Assembly: GCA_963169805.1 (NCBI GenBank)
Contig: CAUJDY010000052.1
Coordinates: 19,579-83,578, forward strand
Direction: 5' to 3'
From: Bdellovibrionota bacterium
Lineage (GTDB): Bacteria; Bdellovibrionota; Bdellovibrionia; Bdellovibrionales; JAEYZS01
Length of the DNA: 64,000 bases
The notes under the pieces were generated by a model. The model searched no databases and had not been told where the DNA came from. It saw only the letters and a list, made by a program, of their open reading frames with translations. This document shows, piece by piece, positions 58,636-64,000 of this stretch; within the stretch, counting starts at the first letter, position 1, and the number at the start of each line of letters is the position of its first letter. The position numbers and the translations under genes are program-made.

Positions 58636-59589
58636 TTAGAGATCAGTGATAGATGAGTTGTTGGGTTGTTTGAATTCAAAGAAATTTTCGGGAGATTTCT
58701 CAGAAAAGGTGTGTTCTTTAAAATGGTAGGAGGTGCGATTTCCGAGGTCATCCCAGTACGTAATGGATTTGAATTGGTTTTTGCTTGCATCGACAACAAG
58801 TTCAACAGATTGAACCTGGATATTTTTTTGTTTTGGATGAAGCTTGTAAGTAATTTCATTTTTATCTTTTTTTGTTTCAATTATCTTAAAAAGCTCTGAA
58901 ATTTCCTTTTTGCCCACCAAGAGAGCTAAAAGCCCTTCGGCTTTAAGTTTTTCAGGCTTGTCTGAACGTAGGATTTGCACTTTATTCTGCGCTTCGTCAA
59001 TAGGATAATCGAGCATATACACGTTTTTATCATTTACCAGTAAGATCGATTTCTGAGGTTCTTCTATTGCTAATTTAAACGATCCTGTACTGGCTAAAAA
59101 AAGTTCACCCTTGTAATTTTTAGTCCTATCTAAGAGCTCTTGGGTAACGTCCTTCTGAAGACGTATCTTGATAAAACCAGAGCTCTTATACACTCCCTCG
59201 GTTTCTTTTAGTTTTGCAGCAAGGTCTTCTGTTGGAACAGAGGCAATTTCTCGTACTTCTTGCTCCTCAGGTACAAGGTCAATTTCTGTTGATTCTAAAA
59301 ACTCTTTCTCTTGCTTGTATATTTGCTCAAGATCTTCATAGTTATCTGCAGGTTCAACAATCTCTTTTTTCTTGTTTTTATTTTTCTTTTTCTTTGTATT
59401 AGATTGAACGACTCTCTCTTTTTCTGGTCGCTTTGGCTTACGAAGAACAACTTCCGGCTCTGGAGATTCTAAACCCGGCTCAGCCGCATACTCAACAATA
59501 GGTTTCTTTTGAGGGGTAGCCCCATCTTTAGGTACAAGAACAACACCCGCAAAACAGATATTGAGGAGGAGCAAAAAGTAAAAATGCAT
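58636..59589 (-). CDS. LolA-like periplasmic lipoprotein-carrier-fold protein with long charged N-terminal extension
   Basis: Signal peptide, then about 130 aa of K/E/P-rich sequence. The LolA-like C-terminal portion is GELFLASTGSFKLAIEEPQKSILLVNDKNVYMLDY...ITYWDDLGNRTSYHFKE. Confidence 0.6.
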   Translation of the reverse strand: MHFYFLLLLNICFAGVVLVPKDGATPQKKPIVEYAAEPGLESPEPEVVLRKPKRPEKERVVQSNTKKKKNKNKKKEIVEPADNYEDLEQIYKQEKEFLESTEIDLVPEEQEVREIASVPTEDLAAKLKETEGVYKSSGFIKIRLQKDVTQELLDRTKNYKGELFLASTGSFKLAIEEPQKSILLVNDKNVYMLDYPIDEAQNKVQILRSDKPEKLKAEGLLALLVGKKEISELFKIIETKKDKNEITYKLHPKQKNIQVQSVELVVDASKNQFKSITYWDDLGNRTSYHFKEHTFSEKSPENFFEFKQPNNSSITDL

Positions 59590-59615
59590 ATAAATTTGAT
59601 TCTATCATTCTTTAA

Positions 59616-60179
59616 CTATGTTCTACAAGAAAGACTCCATACCCTGAAATCCCTGGGCTTTGATAATGCTTCATAAGCAGCTTTGACAGTGGCACCCGTA
59701 GTTACAATGTCATCAATTAAAATATACGCAAGGCCATTATCAATACATGATCGGGAGCTCATTCTCGACTTCAGTCTATCTATGCGAGATAGAAACTTAT
59801 GTGGAGCAATTTTATGTGTCCAAAATAATTCTTTGTGAGCCTTAGATTGTGTCCACAAAGAAAAATGATCTACCATTGCAAGACTAAACTGAGACTCTGG
59901 GACCGCCACAAAACAAGCATGAAGTGGTAAGGCCTGAATATGATCCTGCATAATATCTGCTGCCAGTTTATTTCCGCGAGAAAGCTTGAGTAACCCGTGA
60001 AGTTCTTCAAGAAAAAGATCTCCTTCATCCCAATTCCAAATAAAAGTCGTACTGATGTTGCTCAATATTGTTTTTGTTTGTAGTTTTCTTTTTTTATATA
60101 AAATATTGCATCGACATCTGTTGCAAACGATACCTGAATAAAAATTAATACCTTTACAATATGCACAGTTTTGAATCAC
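59616..60179 (-). CDS. comF: ComF-family phosphoribosyltransferase-like protein
   Basis: N-terminal Cys pairs CAYCKG...CNRC and the C-terminal PRT motif ILIDDIVTTGATV. Confidence 0.8.
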   Translation of the reverse strand: MIQNCAYCKGINFYSGIVCNRCRCNILYKKRKLQTKTILSNISTTFIWNWDEGDLFLEELHGLLKLSRGNKLAADIMQDHIQALPLHACFVAVPESQFSLAMVDHFSLWTQSKAHKELFWTHKIAPHKFLSRIDRLKSRMSSRSCIDNGLAYILIDDIVTTGATVKAAYEALSKPRDFRVWSLSCRT

Positions 60180-60353
60180 ACATGTACATTAAGCAATTCC
60201 GCTGCCATAACAGGGCCTCATTTACTTCAGCTGAATGGCGGCTCTTCCGAACACCGGAGTTTCTCCGATTTTTACACACCATAATAAAAAGTTTCCATGG
60301 GGGAAATATTTTTTAGATTTTTTGGAAACGATCAGAGTATAGTCGGTCCCAAC

Positions 60354-61220
60354 ATGGAACCAAATGTATTTAATTATTCGAGTTTTAGGGCCTATCTCTA
60401 TGATTACATAAGAGATAATAAAAGAAAAAATCGTGGGTTTTCTTTATCTAAGATGGCTAAGAAAATGGGGCTTGCAAATACAGCCTCCCTTTCTCGCGTC
60501 ATTAAAGGTGATCGAGAACCTGGAGAAAGTATCTCAGAAAAGTTGACGGATTACTTCCAGTTTTCCCCAGAGCAAAAAGCCTATTTTAAATATCTCATTC
60601 TTTTAGATAAAACCAAGGATGATACTTATTTAAAAACACTTCTCATGGAAAAGCTTAAAGAAATTCATCCTGAAAAAAAATTTGCACTCCTTGATGAAAA
60701 AGTTTTCAAGGTTATTTCAAGTTGGCATTATTTTGTTTTAAGAGAAATGGTTCGCCTAGAAAACTTCAGATTAAATCATGACGAGATCACAAAAAATATA
60801 TTATTTAAGATTACACCTTCAGAAGTCAAAGACGCAATCCATACCCTTGAAGTGCTTGGACTACTTAAGAGAGATGCTGAAGGAAAGCTTGTTCAAGAAG
60901 ATCCACAGATTGACACACAAAGTGATGTAGCAAGCGAGGCTAGCAAAAGGAATCACGAAGAAAATTTAGATAACGCAAAGTGGGCCTTAAGAAATGTGAA
61001 CATATTTGAGAGGGAATTTAACTCTGTCTGCTTTACAATCAGAAAATCAGATCTACCAGAAGCTAAAAAGATGATTCGTCTTTTTAAAAGTAAATTCTTA
61101 GAAAGATTCGAAGCAAAACACGGGGAAGGCCAAGAAGTTTATCAGTTGCAATTACAGCTCTTCCCTTTCACAAGAGCATCAGATGAAACCATAGAGTTTA
61201 ATCCAGAGGAAGCACTATGA
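60354..61220 (+). CDS. TIGR02147/DUF4423-like HTH protein
   Basis: The N-terminus FNYSSFRAYLYDYIRDNKRKNRGFSLSKMAKKMGLANTASLSRVIKGDR matches my recollection of the TIGR02147 family (Bdellovibrio/Fibrobacter). The track ORF begins at 60297, but ATG 60354 fits the family N-terminus better. Confidence 0.65.
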   Translation: MEPNVFNYSSFRAYLYDYIRDNKRKNRGFSLSKMAKKMGLANTASLSRVIKGDREPGESISEKLTDYFQFSPEQKAYFKYLILLDKTKDDTYLKTLLMEKLKEIHPEKKFALLDEKVFKVISSWHYFVLREMVRLENFRLNHDEITKNILFKITPSEVKDAIHTLEVLGLLKRDAEGKLVQEDPQIDTQSDVASEASKRNHEENLDNAKWALRNVNIFEREFNSVCFTIRKSDLPEAKKMIRLFKSKFLERFEAKHGEGQEVYQLQLQLFPFTRASDETIEFNPEEAL

Positions 61221-62233
61221 AAACAACACTAGCACTCATTCTACTTTCATTCTTAGTTGTCGGTTGCAAAGAAGAAATTCGTCTACCATTCGGAAAATCT
61301 TCTTCACCAAAAAGATCTATTCCAGATGGACCCTCTAGCTCAAATGGCGCAGGCATGTCATCTCAAAAACCTCAGCCTGTAGAGGGGACCGGAAATGGAA
61401 ATGGAGCAATGGACTTAACCTCGTTTGAAGGTCCAACTCAAAATGCAGCAAGACTAAATCATGTGCTTGAGCAGTTTGAACTTGCTGTAGAAAATGAACG
61501 AGTTGTTACGACATCCCCAAACTACGGAGATGTTGCACAGGATTTTAGATCAACATCATTTGACTGGTTATCTCAGTATGATGCATGGAATGCATTGAAC
61601 TTACCAAGCCAAATGACAATTTTTGCGCCATATGCTGTGCTTTATTTCGATACCTCTAAAACACCAGAGCATCTTTTGATGTATATCAGCCAAACAGACC
61701 AAGGTGTCTTCACTATCAACTTACAGATTATTCCTTCTAGATATACTAACTACAGCCATGTTTTAAAATTACTCACGGATGGGGTAAGCCCTGTTTTCAC
61801 TAATATCACAGTTAAGGATGGGGACGAACAAACTCCGTTCATTTTGAATATGGAGAAGTTTAGGAACAATAAGCCCCTACAACCCTACTCAACAGAGCAA
61901 CAACTCGATCCAGATGGAGTTGATACACGTTTGATTGAAAATCTAAACGGACCCGTACAAGGAGATAACACGACATCGACCGCTCTTGGAAAGCTGTTAT
62001 TGTGCAAGGAAAGCCTAGCTACTGTTTTAGAAGCAGAGTCTGCAAAAGAAGATATTTGTGAACTAGAAGAGAGAACTTTTAATCTTCAGTTTGCCTTTGA
62101 CCTTGAAGGTAACTTTTTGATCCGCTTTTTATCCCAAGAGAATTATGAACATAATAAAATGATAGCATCTGTGAATTTGACTTCGGATAAAATAATTTTA
62201 GAAAGAAGCCGCAAGAAACCAACAGGAAAATAA
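61217..62233 (+). CDS. Lipoprotein, hypothetical (338 aa)
   Basis: Lipobox FLVVGC. ATGA overlap with the upstream regulator gene. No motif recognised. Confidence 0.55.
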   Translation: MKTTLALILLSFLVVGCKEEIRLPFGKSSSPKRSIPDGPSSSNGAGMSSQKPQPVEGTGNGNGAMDLTSFEGPTQNAARLNHVLEQFELAVENERVVTTSPNYGDVAQDFRSTSFDWLSQYDAWNALNLPSQMTIFAPYAVLYFDTSKTPEHLLMYISQTDQGVFTINLQIIPSRYTNYSHVLKLLTDGVSPVFTNITVKDGDEQTPFILNMEKFRNNKPLQPYSTEQQLDPDGVDTRLIENLNGPVQGDNTTSTALGKLLLCKESLATVLEAESAKEDICELEERTFNLQFAFDLEGNFLIRFLSQENYEHNKMIASVNLTSDKIILERSRKKPTGK

Positions 62234-62238
62234 CACAA

Positions 62239-63486
62239 ATGCAGATAGCTTCTAAGATTTTATTCTTAGTTCTGGTATCCATAAGCCCTTTGCTATATGC
62301 AGAGGGTGACATTTGCTTTGACGACCTAGCTTATAAAGAGTCTTTTGATTTTTTTGAAGTTAGATCAGGAGTTACGTCGCCAGATTTTCCTGGGCCTATT
62401 AAAAACGTAGAAGTTACCTCTTTCTATAAAGAATCTGTCATTAAAACCTATGCCCGACTGATACAATTCGTAACAGACAAATATTATAATGGTTCGACCA
62501 GAGAAAGAAATATCGTCATCATTCACTTAACAAACGAAGAGTTTGAAGACGTTTTAAAGCAAATCGAAACTTCTGAGTTTGTGAATGGTGGATTTGATTT
62601 CCACTCCCAAGTAGACCAAATTCGTTATCGAATGTACGTAAGCCATAAACTTAATCGCCACTGCAAAAAAGATTTTATTTTTGTGCGTGATATCGTTTAT
62701 ATGGATCAAAACTTTTTACATCTACTTGCTCACGAGTTTTTCCATATACTTAGAAGTCAACACTGCGGCGATTGCACTAACCATCTTTGGCTTGAAGAAG
62801 GTTTAGCAGAGTACGTTGCATCCAAAACTAGTGGGCTCTTGCCAACTGCTGCAATCGCAAGTTTTAGCAAGCTTAAGGAACCTATTTCTTTTCTCGAGAT
62901 GAATCCAGAAAAATTTGGAATAGCTCACTATGGACAAAGCTTTTTATTTTTAGATCTTCTGTTTAGAAACGACCTCGTTCAACCTTTTGACTCTATTAAT
63001 AATGGCTCATTAAAAGATTTCATTAGAGCTGGATCGACATCCTGTGATCTGTTAAGAATTTACTTTGGAACCAGCCAGCTGGTGAATCCTGACGAAGACA
63101 TCACCTGTGATCAGTGGAGACAAGTTGCTTACAAAGAATTTATTTTTAGCCTTGTAGACAAAAACTTATCACGAGGTGGACCTGTTGTAACATTATTGGG
63201 TACGTTCGGTACAAGCGGCTCCTTAGAAGCCAATTACTCATTTTCTATGATAAATGTAACTCCTCAAGTTTCACTTAATCTGAAGCCTCGTATTCAATCT
63301 GTTTTTCCTATAGAGGCGATTTTTATGATCTCTACAAAATATGGAGAGACTGCCTATGTGCCAGAGCAGGAGTTTGAATCTACGATTTCAAATCAAAATA
63401 TTGAAGATATCGTAGATATTAAATTGGTACTCTTTAATTTTGGCTCCGTTGCAACTCAGTACCGTATTGATTTTGTTTTAAAATAA
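62239..63486 (+). CDS. Secreted gluzincin metallopeptidase (M1-like HExxH...E active site)
   Basis: Signal peptide. HEFFH at residues 165-169, followed by HLWLEEGLAEY, which resembles the M1 LWLNEGFA glutamate-donor motif. Confidence 0.6.
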   Translation: MQIASKILFLVLVSISPLLYAEGDICFDDLAYKESFDFFEVRSGVTSPDFPGPIKNVEVTSFYKESVIKTYARLIQFVTDKYYNGSTRERNIVIIHLTNEEFEDVLKQIETSEFVNGGFDFHSQVDQIRYRMYVSHKLNRHCKKDFIFVRDIVYMDQNFLHLLAHEFFHILRSQHCGDCTNHLWLEEGLAEYVASKTSGLLPTAAIASFSKLKEPISFLEMNPEKFGIAHYGQSFLFLDLLFRNDLVQPFDSINNGSLKDFIRAGSTSCDLLRIYFGTSQLVNPDEDITCDQWRQVAYKEFIFSLVDKNLSRGGPVVTLLGTFGTSGSLEANYSFSMINVTPQVSLNLKPRIQSVFPIEAIFMISTKYGETAYVPEQEFESTISNQNIEDIVDIKLVLFNFGSVATQYRIDFVLK

Positions 63487-64000
63487 AGGATCACCATCCA
63501 TAGATTGAGGCTGATTCCAGCCAAAAATCTTTAAAATGGTAGGAGCCACATCTGCTAACTTTCCATTTTTCATTTTTACTGATTTATATTTCTCCGAAAT
63601 TAAAAGGCAAGGAACAGGGTTCATTGAGTGCTGAGTCATTACATGACCAGAGCGAGGATCCACCATCTCTTCACAGTTCCCATGGTCTGCCGTTACAATT
63701 ATATCAAACCCCTGCTTTAGTGCCTCTGGAATAATCTTTCCTAAGCATATATCAAGTGCTTGAACAGCTTTTATAGCTGCTTCCTCATTCCCCGTATGCC
63801 CTACCATGTCTCCATTTGCATAGTTTACGACTATGAGTTTGTAGTCTTTTTGTAACCCTTCTAAAACTTTATTTGTAACCTCATAGGCACTCATCTCTGG
63901 TTTTTCATCATACGTTTTAACATCTTTTGGGGATGGGACTAATATTCTATCCTCTCCTTCAAATGGTTTTTCTACTCCTCCATTAAAAAAATAGGTCACA
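63478..64000 (-). CDS. gpmI: 2,3-bisphosphoglycerate-independent phosphoglycerate mutase, C-terminal part (gene continues beyond the window)
   Basis: TYFFNGG, NYANGDMVGHTG, ADHGNCEEM motifs. No start codon lies inside the window. Confidence 0.9.
   Translation of the reverse strand, partial: VTYFFNGGVEKPFEGEDRILVPSPKDVKTYDEKPEMSAYEVTNKVLEGLQKDYKLIVVNYANGDMVGHTGNEEAAIKAVQALDICLGKIIPEALKQGFDIIVTADHGNCEEMVDPRSGHVMTQHSMNPVPCLLISEKYKSVKMKNGKLADVAPTILKIFGWNQPQSMDGDPLF

Overview
This is an AT-rich, gene-dense bacterial chromosome segment with about 75 genes. I saw no rRNA, tRNA, CRISPR array, transposase or phage gene. Most of it is core housekeeping: ndk, a pilF-like gene and rodZ; nadE; groES-groEL; galU; priA; the rpsB-tsf-pyrH-frr-uppS-cdsA-rseP-tsaB block; rluD-pgeF; mltG; an astC-like/astA/astD arginine succinyltransferase operon; bamD; hpt; rimO; a lolA-like gene; comF; and the 3' end of gpmI. 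The gene content includes a TIGR02147/DUF4423-like regulator and many orphan secreted proteins. Together with the base composition, this suggests a Bdellovibrio-and-like predatory bacterium of the Bacteriovorax/Halobacteriovorax type. That assignment is inference only.

The one clearly accessory system is a Tad/Flp (type IVc) pilus locus at about 9.0-20.8 kb, and it has several unusual features:
- It has six proteins with prepilin-like N-termini, including one with a C-terminal membrane anchor.
- Its ATPase is a single-polypeptide TadZ/CpaE-TadA/CpaF fusion.
- It has only one TadB/C-type platform gene.
- It ends with a secreted YD-repeat protein followed by a translationally coupled 69-aa secreted ORF.

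That ending matches the layout I recall for the Bdellovibrio host-interaction (hit) locus, bd0109/bd0108.

Other observations:
- A nested palindromic 20-nt-core repeat occurs at two 3' gene ends.
- A regulator/lipoprotein/gluzincin module lies at 60.3-63.5 kb.
- An orphan secreted pair lies at 28.6-31.1 kb.
- A NadD-like enzyme carries an N-terminal membrane or signal segment.
- RseP has three PDZ-like modules.

All functional calls rest on motif recognition by eye. No database search was run.
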